A stretch of DNA of 63,197 bases from a virus (Duplodnaviria; Caudoviricetes): the IMG/VR virus record IMGVR_UViG_3300036766_001076, positions 1-63,197 of that record, one strand, 5' to 3'. The position numbers and the translations under genes are program-made. The notes beneath the pieces are model-generated. The model had not been told where the DNA came from. It saw nothing but the letters and a program-made list of their open reading frames with translations, and did not search any database. Of this stretch, positions 54,064-62,940 are shown piece by piece (the stretch's first letter is position 1; every line of letters starts with the position of its first letter).

Positions 54064-54522
54064 TTAGTACGCCGCGCAGGTGAAGACGAGAATGTCCGAC
54101 GCTGGCCACGCCGTCGCCACGGTCGTCGTCGACGGAGAGTAGTTGGTCACGGTAATCGTGGACGCCGTCACCGTCGTCTGCTTGGTGACGTTGTTCTGCG
54201 TCGTGTAGTCGTACACCTGACAGTTCCACCCATTCGAGGCCGTCGGCAGGGCAATGATGCCGGTCGATGCCGACCCTCCAGTACCCACGTTCACCCGGAA
54301 GGTCGTCGCGCCATTGTTCGACGCGATAGACGGTGTCGATCCGAACCCTGACGAGATCGTCGGCGCGGTGGACGAGAAGACGAGCTTGCCGGTTGATACC
54401 CATGCGATCGACCGGGAAAGCGCCGTCTGTGCCTGCGGAATGGCGACGAGGACCACGAGAGAAAGGATCAGAATCTCGGTGGCGATTCGGATCCACTTGA
54501 ACGTCGGGAGAAATTTTCGCAC
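54064..54522 (-). CDS. Ser/Thr-rich protein with signal peptide
   Basis: MRKF...ILILSLVVLVAIPQAQT; beta-rich mature part. Confidence 0.65.
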   Translation of the reverse strand: MRKFLPTFKWIRIATEILILSLVVLVAIPQAQTALSRSIAWVSTGKLVFSSTAPTISSGFGSTPSIASNNGATTFRVNVGTGGSASTGIIALPTASNGWNCQVYDYTTQNNVTKQTTVTASTITVTNYSPSTTTVATAWPASDILVFTCAAY

Positions 54523-54537
54523 GGTCTCTGCTCCTTT

Positions 54538-55056
54538 CTAGTACTGATCCGGGATGTTGATGTCGACCAGCCCGACATCGCTGGCAACGACACCGGCGGA
54601 GGTTCCGATGAGCGGGAACGCGCCTTGGGTTTCCGAGACGGCGAGGCATTCGGCCTTGCCGTCGGTGTCCGATCCGACCACCGGCTTGCCAGTCGTATCG
54701 GGGGTGGAGGCGGGAGCGGCGACGTAAAGAACCGAGCGCCGGCCCTTCTTGCAGACCCAGATGTAGGAGGCCGCGCCGGCCGCTGCGATCTCGCAGACGC
54801 CCGCGAGCGCGCCGCTGTTGACGGTCGTGACGGTCTTGGCCGCCTTGTCGAGCCAGTAGAGGACGGTCCCGACGACGCCTTGGATGCCCGCGCCCTGCTT
54901 CACGAGCTGGTAGCGGCAGATATTGCGCGCGGCCGAGGTACCCTGATCAAACTCGGCGATCATGCCGAGCTGGCCAGGGGCGTAGAGCGTGGTGGACTCT
55001 TCGGTCTCCGGGTTCCCTGACAGGAAGTAGGGAACGGCGACGGTGTTCTGAGACAT
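54538..55056 (-). CDS. Capsid cement/decoration protein
   Basis: Directly downstream of the capsid gene; GTVLYW, YIWV. Confidence 0.6.
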   Translation of the reverse strand: MSQNTVAVPYFLSGNPETEESTTLYAPGQLGMIAEFDQGTSAARNICRYQLVKQGAGIQGVVGTVLYWLDKAAKTVTTVNSGALAGVCEIAAAGAASYIWVCKKGRRSVLYVAAPASTPDTTGKPVVGSDTDGKAECLAVSETQGAFPLIGTSAGVVASDVGLVDINIPDQY

Positions 55057-55080
55057 GGTCTGCTTTTCTCCTTTCCCTAC

Positions 55081-56136
55081 TTAGCCGTTGATGCCGAAGA
55101 GCTGCCGTTGCAGCCGGGACGAACGGCAGGTCACGTTGCCGCCGAAGAGGATCTGGCCCGCGACCGTGGTCGAGTCCTGCGCCACCTTGAAGCCGGTGAA
55201 GCCGAACTGGAACTTGGTCGAGGTCGAAATCCGCAGTTTGAGGTACGCGTCCTCGCCCTCGGGGCCGGGGTTGAGCCACCAGAAGGTCTCGGTGGCGTTG
55301 TTGTAGTTGCCCAGATCGGCGTCGTTCACGCCGTCGGCGCCGGGGCAGTACTGCGACTCGATGATTGTCGCCTGCTTGAACTTGACCCCGACGTAGCCGA
55401 TGGTCGGCTCGATCGCGTCGACAACCTGATGGGGCTGGAAGTTCTCCGAGATGTAGCCCATCGTCCGGTTGGTCGTGACGCCGATGACCGGATGCTCGGC
55501 ACCGAGCACGAGTGACTGGTACGTGTGTTCGAGTGCCCGGAAGGTGATCGCACCCGCGAGGTTCGAGTTGATGAGGCCGACCGGGGTCTTGATCGCCGCC
55601 CCGACATCCGCGCGGACCTGCGATCCGTAGGACGAGAAGGCCGAGCCTTCCCAGCCTGCGTTGGTGCCGTCGTTGAGGGCTTCATCCAGCCCGTTCAGCA
55701 TGATCGAACGGTCGGTCCCGCCGACATTCTGCCCGTTCTTGTAGAGGTCGATGGCGAGAATCGCCGACATGGTGAGCGCGGCGTTCCCGAGGTCCGTCTT
55801 GACCATCGAGAGGACGGCGGTGGACCCGTTGACCTCGATCTCGATCTCTTCGAGGAGTTCGGGCACTGACACCTGGTAGTAGCGCGGCGTGAACTGCAGA
55901 CCGGCGAAGGTCTGCCGCTTGGAGATGTCGAACCCGCCGACGCCCTTGGCGTAGGCTGAGCCCTTCATCGGCTTGAAGAGGAAGTTCTCCTGCACGAGCG
56001 GGCCGCCGGGGTACTTGTGGACCCGGCGCTTCAGGAACTCCAGCAGTGGATCGTTCTTGAAGAAGTTGTCCGCCAACCCCGGCATGATGTTCTTCGTTGC
56101 CGCGGTGTTGACGGGATCCAGATTGGGCGCTGCCAT
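55081..56136 (-). CDS. Major capsid protein
   Basis: 351 aa; DNFFKNDPLL...GG...NGLDEAL...RLQ; follows the scaffold gene; strongly biased codons. Confidence 0.85.
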   Translation of the reverse strand: MAAPNLDPVNTAATKNIMPGLADNFFKNDPLLEFLKRRVHKYPGGPLVQENFLFKPMKGSAYAKGVGGFDISKRQTFAGLQFTPRYYQVSVPELLEEIEIEVNGSTAVLSMVKTDLGNAALTMSAILAIDLYKNGQNVGGTDRSIMLNGLDEALNDGTNAGWEGSAFSSYGSQVRADVGAAIKTPVGLINSNLAGAITFRALEHTYQSLVLGAEHPVIGVTTNRTMGYISENFQPHQVVDAIEPTIGYVGVKFKQATIIESQYCPGADGVNDADLGNYNNATETFWWLNPGPEGEDAYLKLRISTSTKFQFGFTGFKVAQDSTTVAGQILFGGNVTCRSSRLQRQLFGING

Positions 56137-56198
56137 CGAATCCGTCTCCTAATTCTGCCCAGCCGGATCAGCCTGCGCCGTGCGCAGAGCGGAATCCG

Positions 56199-56939
56199 CT
56201 AGACCTTGGCGAGTTCAGCCTCGACGGTGGCCACGGCCGCCGCGAGGGTGTGATCGTCTGCGACTTGCTTGTCGGACTTGCGCAGCCCGTCCAAGGTGGA
56301 CGGTCCGCCCGGCCCGACCGGGTACGGCCCTTTCTGGTTGAGCGCCTGCATTCGGCCTTCGAGAATGCCGGCGGCTTTCGCGTCCTCGACCTGCTTGGTC
56401 ACTGCCGCGTCGGCCCGCTTTTTCCGCTCCGGGGCGACGATCTCGGCGTAGTGCTGGACGAGGGTCTTCTTGCCCGCGATGGCGTCCTTGGCGAGCTTGT
56501 CCATGTCGATGGTCTCGCCGAACTCCTTGAGGTGCGAGAGGCCAATGTTGGTCATGGTCGCGCCGAGGGCGACGCCCATCGCTTCCATGCCGTTGGTCAG
56601 TTCCGAGAGCCGGGTGTCGAGGGCTTTCTCGTCGATGCCGCCGGGGTTGTGCGTGCCCCCTTTGGTTTTGAGTTCCTCGATGGTCGCTTCGAGCGCGGTG
56701 CGTTCGTTCGACTTCCACCACGTGGTCTGTTTGTCGGCGATGTCCTTCAGGCGCGCCTGTTCCGCGCGCACCGCATCCGCGAGGCGCGTGGATTCCGCCC
56801 GCATCAAGGTCGATTCGCCCGCGAATTCGAGGACGGTGTCGTCTTCGAGGATCGCGGCCTGCTGCTCGGCGGAGAGCTTGGACCGCTTGAGGAGTTCTCC
56901 GACGAAGTCGCGTCCGGCGTCGATCGCTTTGCCTGCCAT
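56199..56939 (-). CDS. Scaffolding protein
   Basis: Charged helical protein upstream of the capsid gene. Confidence 0.65.
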   Translation of the reverse strand: MAGKAIDAGRDFVGELLKRSKLSAEQQAAILEDDTVLEFAGESTLMRAESTRLADAVRAEQARLKDIADKQTTWWKSNERTALEATIEELKTKGGTHNPGGIDEKALDTRLSELTNGMEAMGVALGATMTNIGLSHLKEFGETIDMDKLAKDAIAGKKTLVQHYAEIVAPERKKRADAAVTKQVEDAKAAGILEGRMQALNQKGPYPVGPGGPSTLDGLRKSDKQVADDHTLAAAVATVEAELAKV

Positions 56940-57030
56940 TACGAATACTCCTGCCTCACGGCCTTCAGAGCTGCGCCGTCAGCGCGGGATTGCGCCTGGT
57001 GCAGATGAGTCAGCTTGAGGGTTTCTCGGA

Positions 57031-57570
57031 TCACGACGCGACCTCCGCAGGCACCGAGAGAACAACCTGCTTCGGTTCCGGTACATCACGGTAGAGCCGA
57101 TTGATTCGGCGGCATTCCTCCCAGTACTGTTCCGCGCGAATACGCCTGTCTTCGGACATTCCGTATCCTTGGCGCGGAATTGTCTGTAGATACCAACGCC
57201 CGAACTCAATGCCCAATGACGCGACGTGCCGTTTGTTGACCAAGAACGGAAAAATAGCCTCCAAGAAATACAACGCCCTGGCACCAGTCAAGGACCATCC
57301 CCAATACGTTGTGTTGGGGTGCGTCGCATCCTTTCGCACGATGACTGTCCCTCCGAACCACGCAGCCAGTAGTAACAACGGCTCCTTGTTTCGTTGCGAG
57401 ACGGAGGCACACATTCGGTACGTCGGACGTCCTGCGTACGGCCTCACTACTCCACGGTACAACGCCGGATCTCCTCGATAACGATTCCGCGCAGGCTTCC
57501 GTTGAATACCCACGCTACCTTCACCGTCAAAGAACCCTGCCGTCCATGCGCGTTCAAGTTCGGTTGCCAT
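57031..57570 (-). CDS. Free-standing LAGLIDADG homing endonuclease
   Basis: WTAGFFDGEGSV, VSQ, FGG, PFLVNK; lower GC. Confidence 0.88.
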   Translation of the reverse strand: MATELERAWTAGFFDGEGSVGIQRKPARNRYRGDPALYRGVVRPYAGRPTYRMCASVSQRNKEPLLLLAAWFGGTVIVRKDATHPNTTYWGWSLTGARALYFLEAIFPFLVNKRHVASLGIEFGRWYLQTIPRQGYGMSEDRRIRAEQYWEECRRINRLYRDVPEPKQVVLSVPAEVAS

Positions 57571-57962
57571 TAGGCCAACCTACCCTGTCCAAATCCTCCG
57601 CCGCTGAACTGGACGCCCGCCTGGGTGACGGACCCAGGAGGCGGAGATGAGGGTTCACCGCCGGGCATCATGGATGCGCCGGCCCCGGCCTGCGTCTCCA
57701 ATACCCGCGCGAGCGCGTTTTTGAGGATCCCGTCGCACTGGGCGATGTCATCCGCGATTTCCGGGACGGCCTGCGCGAGCGTGAGGAGACCTTCGGAAAG
57801 TTTCTGCCCGAGCATCAGGAGGCCGGAGAGGTCTGGTTGCTGCGGCGCTCCGGCTTGCGGACCGACGAGGGTCTGCATCGGGTTGGATTCCTGCGCGGCG
57901 GCCGGATCGGTCACGGGAGACGGCGGAGGCCCGTTGAGCGCGCCGGGGTTGAGGCCGGGCAT
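57570..57962 (-). CDS. Hypothetical Pro/Gly-rich protein
   Basis: TGATG overlap. Confidence 0.6.
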   Translation of the reverse strand: MPGLNPGALNGPPPSPVTDPAAAQESNPMQTLVGPQAGAPQQPDLSGLLMLGQKLSEGLLTLAQAVPEIADDIAQCDGILKNALARVLETQAGAGASMMPGGEPSSPPPGSVTQAGVQFSGGGFGQGRLA

Positions 57963-58207
57963 CAGGGGATCCTTTTCGAGCCGGAGGGGGTGTGAATGCC
58001 GTTGACCTTGCGCGGTACGTACGCGTCAGTATCCGATCCAGTCGGACGTGTAAGATGCTTGAGGGGCTGCGGAGTCTCCGGACCACCGGGGGCTTCCAGT
58101 TTGGCGGACAACCCGAGTGCTTCCCCAAGCCGATCAAAATTACGCACACGGCGCGGGGCAGGTCCAATACCCGTGGCTTTCGAAAGTGCCCTCATTGGAT
58201 CGGCCAT
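57962..58207 (-). CDS. Small basic protein starting MADP (paralog 2)
   Basis: Ends VNGIHTPSGSKRIP. Confidence 0.6.
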   Translation of the reverse strand: MADPMRALSKATGIGPAPRRVRNFDRLGEALGLSAKLEAPGGPETPQPLKHLTRPTGSDTDAYVPRKVNGIHTPSGSKRIP

Positions 58208-58402
58208 CTACTTGATCCCCTTCGTTCCCGACGCCGTGTGAATCCCGTTCACGTTCCTGACATCGTCAGCCGTGTACTGCCGCGCATCGAGTTCTCGCAC
58301 CGTCGGCGTGTGCGCACGCGGGGTCGGTGGCGCGAGCGGCGTCATGGATCGGGGCGTCGGTTCCACCTTGGGCTGCACGGCGCGCGGTGTGGGATCGGCC
58401 AT
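58208..58402 (-). CDS. Small protein starting MADP (paralog 1)
   Basis: Ends VNGIHTASGTKGIK. Confidence 0.6.
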   Translation of the reverse strand: MADPTPRAVQPKVEPTPRSMTPLAPPTPRAHTPTVRELDARQYTADDVRNVNGIHTASGTKGIK

Positions 58403-58492
58403 CTACTTCTTGCCGGTGACCGACTGCGTGTACGGCGTGCGAATCCCGCCGATCTTCTTGGACTTGGCTGACGGCTTGCGAATCATTGCCAT
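58403..58492 (-). CDS. 29-aa basic peptide
   Basis: MAMIRKPSAKSKKIGGIRTPYTQSVTGKK; AAGGAG RBS. Confidence 0.5.
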   Translation of the reverse strand: MAMIRKPSAKSKKIGGIRTPYTQSVTGKK

Positions 58493-58504
58493 TGAGAATC
58501 TCCT

Positions 58505-58657
58505 TCAGCGTTTCGCGGAGGCGGACTTGCCGTGCCACTTCTTCGAGCCCGGCTTGCCCTTGTTGATCGAGGCGTAAAAGACGGACTTTCCTTTTTTGCT
58601 GCCGTACTCCTTCGTCATCGACGATAGGACTTTCTCGCCGGAGGAGGTCAGCGGCAT
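58505..58657 (-). CDS. Small basic conserved phage protein
   Basis: MPLTSSGEKVLSSMTKEYGSKKGKSVFYASINKG. Confidence 0.7.
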   Translation of the reverse strand: MPLTSSGEKVLSSMTKEYGSKKGKSVFYASINKGKPGSKKWHGKSASAKR

Positions 58658-58713
58658 CGAGTTACTGCCTCATCGACGCCCACGAGCGCGGCCGAAGATC
58701 CTGAAGCCATCGG

Positions 58714-59112
58714 CTACTCGACCGGCCCGAGTGTCGACGGCACGAGAGGGTCCGAGGGGGCGACCTCCGGGGGCACCACAACGACAGGAGCCGCCTCCGC
58801 AACGACAGGAGCCGCCTCCGCAACGACAGGAGCCGCCGCTTCGGCCACCTTGGTCTTCGAATGCTGCGCCGTGAGCCCGGGATGGCGCGCCATCGCCTTG
58901 CGCGCGGCATCGTCCTTGGTCTCGCCGTGCTGCACGACGACGGTCAGCTGGCCGTTGCCATCGTCGAGGGTGACTTCGAAGTCGGCGCTGGTGTCAGTCA
59001 GACGATTGCGCTCGGCGAGAAGCGGAGCTTTCTCCTCCTGCAATCCCGTGATCGCCGCATCGATCTTGGCGAGGGCGGCGTTCACGTCCTTCAGCCGGGT
59101 CTGCTCGGCCAT
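58714..59112 (-). CDS. Coiled-coil protein with VAEAAPV repeats
   Basis: 21-bp tandem repeat at 58779-58837. Confidence 0.6.
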   Translation of the reverse strand: MAEQTRLKDVNAALAKIDAAITGLQEEKAPLLAERNRLTDTSADFEVTLDDGNGQLTVVVQHGETKDDAARKAMARHPGLTAQHSKTKVAEAAAPVVAEAAPVVAEAAPVVVVPPEVAPSDPLVPSTLGPVE

Positions 59113-59124
59113 CTGTACTCCCAC

Positions 59125-59164
59125 AAAAGAAAAAGGCCCGCCAAGGATTGCTCCTCAACGGGCC
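59125..59164 (-). terminator. Intrinsic terminator
   Basis: GGCCCG...GCAA loop...CGGGCC followed by TTTTTCTTTT on the minus strand. Confidence 0.75.
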
Positions 59165-59219
59165 GATGCCGTGCGCTCCGGAGATACTCCGGAGGGCGGT
59201 CACGAGGGCCGCGACGAAA

Positions 59220-59477
59220 TTACGTAGGAGTGTGCATCGAAGATTGCGCGCTTGTCAAGCGTGGAAGAGAATCCCCGTCCGCCTCCGGCTGCAGTTCGAT
59301 CTGAATCGGCCGCCCAAGCTCCGCCGTGTGCGGGCGTCCGCCGCGAAAATGGAGCGTGATCGACCCGTCGAACCGGGCCTGTTTGAGCAGCGAGAGGATC
59401 CGGCGCAGGTTGAGCGGCTCGCGCATGGCGGATTGTTCGAGCGCGCGGAGGACTGGCGAAGGAGAGAGGCTAGGCAC
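59220..59477 (-). CDS. Hypothetical protein
   Basis: FDGSITLHFRGG. Confidence 0.55.
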   Translation of the reverse strand: MPSLSPSPVLRALEQSAMREPLNLRRILSLLKQARFDGSITLHFRGGRPHTAELGRPIQIELQPEADGDSLPRLTSAQSSMHTPT

Positions 59478-59901
59478 GCAGGGCGGTGTCCTTGACCGGT
59501 TCTATGGTCAGCCAGATGTCCTCGCCGCGGTCGATTGCGGACTGCATTAGCGGTTGAAGGAGTTCCACCGCCACCCGCGAGTTCCCGATCTTGGTAGTGC
59601 TTACCCGTGACTGCCCGAGCAGGATGCACCCGTCGGTGTCTTCGGCGGTGTTCCCGGAATGGAGACGGACACCAGTAAACCCGGGTACATCGTTGACCAG
59701 CGGGAGCGGTCGGCCGAACCGGACCGATTGCGTGATGGTGATCTGGTAGCGACCGAACGGAATCGCGGTCTGGTGCGGGATCTTCTCGCCGGAGGGCCGA
59801 GTCTGGTCTTCGAGCGTGAAGCACTGGAAGCGCCCGTCGACCAGGAGAGTACCTAACGTGCAGCCATCGGCGGACTCTTGGCGCTGGAGGAGAAGTTCCA
59901 C
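59470..59901 (-). CDS. DUF5675-like protein (possible cell-wall enzyme)
   Basis: TLGTL...CFTLED...AIPFGRY...VPGFTGVRLHSGNTAEDTDGCILLG. Confidence 0.8.
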   Translation of the reverse strand: MELLLQRQESADGCTLGTLLVDGRFQCFTLEDQTRPSGEKIPHQTAIPFGRYQITITQSVRFGRPLPLVNDVPGFTGVRLHSGNTAEDTDGCILLGQSRVSTTKIGNSRVAVELLQPLMQSAIDRGEDIWLTIEPVKDTALRA

Positions 59902-59903
59902 GC

Positions 59904-62006
59904 CTACTTCTCCGGCCCCTTCTTGTGGTCGTGCCGGGACTCGGCCATCTTGATACGTTGACCGCCACCGGGCATCGGCTGGGTCTCCACATGCGGCGAG
60001 GTCTGCCCGGAGGCTTTGCGCCCGGCGGGATTGACCTCCATCCCAAGGCCGAGCATGGCTTGGGCTTGCAGCCGCTCGGTGATGGTGGTCGGCTCGCGCA
60101 AGGTCAGCGCCTGCCCGGTGTTCGGGTCGATGTTCGCGCCGGGGACCATGCCTTGTGAGATTGCCAACAAGGTCTGCTCGTCCGGTTGTTTCTCCATCGG
60201 CAGCATCATGATCGGCGGCTTGCCGACATTCGGCACTTCGAGCTTCTCCATGAGCGTCCAGAAATCGCACCAGCCCGCACGGGCGAGCTGGATGTATTTC
60301 ATCTGTTCGGACTTGGCGTTGAGCGCGAGCAAAGAATTCGGCGTGACGTAGAAGGTGAAGAGCTTCAGGAAAAACTGCGCCCGATCGCGCTGGTCAATAT
60401 TGGCGTTGAGCTGCGGGAGGTAGCCTTTGGTCGGCTGGCCGGTTTGGGGATCCGTCTCCTGCATCGCCGGGATGAGATTCCCCGGATCGTAGTCGAAGTC
60501 TTCGAGGGTCAGCCCGGCGTCGCCGAGGACCATCATCCGGCGCTCTTGGTCGTAGAACTGGAAGAAATTCGCCTTCATCATGTCGGCGAGTTCACGCAAG
60601 GTGACTTCGATCTGGCGGCCTTCGAGCTTCAACTCCGGCGAGAGCGCCGCCATGAAGGCTTCGATGGATTCGGGGTCCGGGATCTGGTGGAGCGCCGCCT
60701 GCTGCAAGGCATCGAGCGTGGAATCCCCCGCGATCTCGTGGAAGATCGACCGGAGCGATTGGAAGAGTTCAAACGTGTTCGCGGGGAGATCCGGGAGTAC
60801 CGGGATCTGAATCCCGGTGCCGACTTGTTCATTCGTGTGAATCTTGGTGTTCGGCTTCCGCAGGTCCGTCTGCGCGAGCATGGTCCGCGGCACGCGCGAG
60901 TTCCCGACCATCGCGGGAGCCGCGGCGATTTTGACCTTCTGGATCATCGTTGACGCGAGTTCGTTGATCGCGTCTTGCAGCGGCATCATCGCATTGACAA
61001 TCGGGAGCCCGAAGAAGGACCACGGCCAGCGGTCCAGCATGAGGCGCGTGACCGGGAAGAGTCCGTGCCAGTAGGTGTTCGGGCCGTCGTAGAGGATGAC
61101 GCGCTCCGTGCAGACAATGAGGCGCTTGCGCGGGTAGAGACGGTCGCCCGGTTTCACCAGGTACGACCAGGAGGTACCGGGCTGCCCCATGAGGACCGGG
61201 TGGCTGGTCGTGTTGACCTGCGCGTCGTGCAGGTAGCAGCGGTACAACACGATCTCGTCGCCGATGAGACGCCCGGAGTGGGTTTTGTTCAGCCCGGAGA
61301 GGGTGGAGGTTTCGCCAGACCCCATAATCCGAGCGAAGGTCGCCTTGAATTTGGTGAACACGCCCGCGCCCCACGGAGTGTCCGAGCGGAGTTTGTCTGC
61401 GTGCTGCGGGTACATTGCCTTGAGGACATTCGGCGAGTGCGCTTCCCGGAGAATGCAGCCGAACCAGTTCTGGATCGACCCATCACGCGAAGGGCGGATC
61501 GGGACCGTGTCGCGAGGATCCCGTGCCATGAGCCGCATGTCGCCCATCGGCCCGAAGTAGGGATCGTATTCGAGGACGAGGTCGCCGGCTCCGGCGGTGG
61601 CGGCGTACTTCGCGGCGTCGGCGAGGGCCAGATCGGCGAAGGTGTTGATCCACCAGACCGTGACGAGCGTGTTGAGAAGCAGACCGTGCTGCTGAAAGTT
61701 CGGGTTCCCGGTGCGGTACGCGAACACCGGCTTGATGTCGGTGAGCGCCGAGACATGCCGGCGGATCGAGCGGTGGGTTTCGTTGATGACGACTTTGGAG
61801 AGATAGGCCGGGTTGAAGGCGGTTGAGGCGAGGATTTTCTGCTTCCCGAGGACGTAGTCCATGTTGGAGTCCATGGAGTCGTACAACGGGTCGTTTTTCA
61901 TCAGCCCTTCGCCTTCGAGGACGGCCTCGCGGAGCCAATTGAGGACTGGTCCAGATCCCGGAAAGGCGTTGGAGCCGGTGAGAAGCGGATTGTCGGAGGC
62001 GGCCAT
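59904..62006 (-). CDS. Portal protein
   Basis: 700 aa downstream of terL; NPY-like NTYWHGLFP, GLPIV...LQDAIN. Confidence 0.82.
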   Translation of the reverse strand: MAASDNPLLTGSNAFPGSGPVLNWLREAVLEGEGLMKNDPLYDSMDSNMDYVLGKQKILASTAFNPAYLSKVVINETHRSIRRHVSALTDIKPVFAYRTGNPNFQQHGLLLNTLVTVWWINTFADLALADAAKYAATAGAGDLVLEYDPYFGPMGDMRLMARDPRDTVPIRPSRDGSIQNWFGCILREAHSPNVLKAMYPQHADKLRSDTPWGAGVFTKFKATFARIMGSGETSTLSGLNKTHSGRLIGDEIVLYRCYLHDAQVNTTSHPVLMGQPGTSWSYLVKPGDRLYPRKRLIVCTERVILYDGPNTYWHGLFPVTRLMLDRWPWSFFGLPIVNAMMPLQDAINELASTMIQKVKIAAAPAMVGNSRVPRTMLAQTDLRKPNTKIHTNEQVGTGIQIPVLPDLPANTFELFQSLRSIFHEIAGDSTLDALQQAALHQIPDPESIEAFMAALSPELKLEGRQIEVTLRELADMMKANFFQFYDQERRMMVLGDAGLTLEDFDYDPGNLIPAMQETDPQTGQPTKGYLPQLNANIDQRDRAQFFLKLFTFYVTPNSLLALNAKSEQMKYIQLARAGWCDFWTLMEKLEVPNVGKPPIMMLPMEKQPDEQTLLAISQGMVPGANIDPNTGQALTLREPTTITERLQAQAMLGLGMEVNPAGRKASGQTSPHVETQPMPGGGQRIKMAESRHDHKKGPEK

Positions 62007-62512
62007 CAGGCAGGCTTGCGGGTCGCCCCGCCGTGGATTTTCAACTTTTTCTGCTTCCCGGTGAACTTCTCAACCGGGATTTGCCGCTCCCGCTCAAATT
62101 CACTCCCCTTGAGCGAGTTCACGTCCTTGTTCGAAGAATCCTGGTTGAACGCGCGCACGCTCACCGCGGCGCCGATGCCGTCCTTGGCCTTGCGGTGGGA
62201 CTCAGCTTCGACCGCGCGGATTTCTGAAAGGGAGGAGTAACGGCGAGGACCGTCACCGAGGTCGAACTGGATGTTCTCGGAGAGAAGCGAGCGGTACTGC
62301 TTCGCTGGGATCACGTCCATCTCCGCGCCGCAGTCACAGATCACCGGAAGGCGCGTCTCCTCGCCTTTGTAAGTCCGGGTCTCCTCAGGCACAGGCAACC
62401 ACGGCGCGCGGACGTCTTTTTGCTCAGCGCCGCAGGCCGGGCAGACGAAATCCAGTCGGCCATGGTAGCGGAGTTGATCCGCGATCTTGTCCAGTTCCTC
62501 AACCGCCGTCAT
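62006..62512 (-). CDS. Zn-ribbon (FmdB-like) protein
   Basis: DFVCPACG...CDCGAEM. Confidence 0.6.
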   Translation of the reverse strand: MTAVEELDKIADQLRYHGRLDFVCPACGAEQKDVRAPWLPVPEETRTYKGEETRLPVICDCGAEMDVIPAKQYRSLLSENIQFDLGDGPRRYSSLSEIRAVEAESHRKAKDGIGAAVSVRAFNQDSSNKDVNSLKGSEFERERQIPVEKFTGKQKKLKIHGGATRKPA

Positions 62513-62940
62513 CAGACGTACCTGAAAAATTCCTGCGTCATCCGCTTGAAAATCTCCCCCAGCGCCTGCTCCACGGTTTTCTTCTCGTGCCGCGCACGGC
62601 GGGCGATCTCCTCCATTTGCCCGGCGGTCAGCTCCAGCCGGTGCTCCCCGAAGCGAATCGAGGCCAGCCGCCGGACCTTGGTCAGGAGGTCGGCGGAGTC
62701 CGTGAGAGAGCCGCCGGACAGAGCAGTCTCCAGTTTGGAGAGATCCACCCCGGTGACCACGAACCCCCGCGAGCGCGGGTCCAGGTCAATCGCCGCGTGG
62801 AGCCGGTGGGAGACCGAATCGTCGAGGGTGGATTGGCACGCCGCCGCTTCGTCTTGGAGAATTTCGACCAGATCGTCGGGAAGGGTCAGTTTCACAATCG
62901 CCACGGGCTGCCTCCGAGTCCTAGAGATAATGCGGCTCAT
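62512..62940 (-). CDS. Hypothetical protein, possible ribbon-helix-helix N-terminus
   Basis: VKLTLPDDLVEIL. Confidence 0.6.
   Translation of the reverse strand: MSRIISRTRRQPVAIVKLTLPDDLVEILQDEAAACQSTLDDSVSHRLHAAIDLDPRSRGFVVTGVDLSKLETALSGGSLTDSADLLTKVRRLASIRFGEHRLELTAGQMEEIARRARHEKKTVEQALGEIFKRMTQEFFRYV

Noticed and set aside
56173-56979. Shared CTGCGCCGT in the scaffold and capsid leaders
   Set aside because: A 9-bp GC-rich match is within chance expectation
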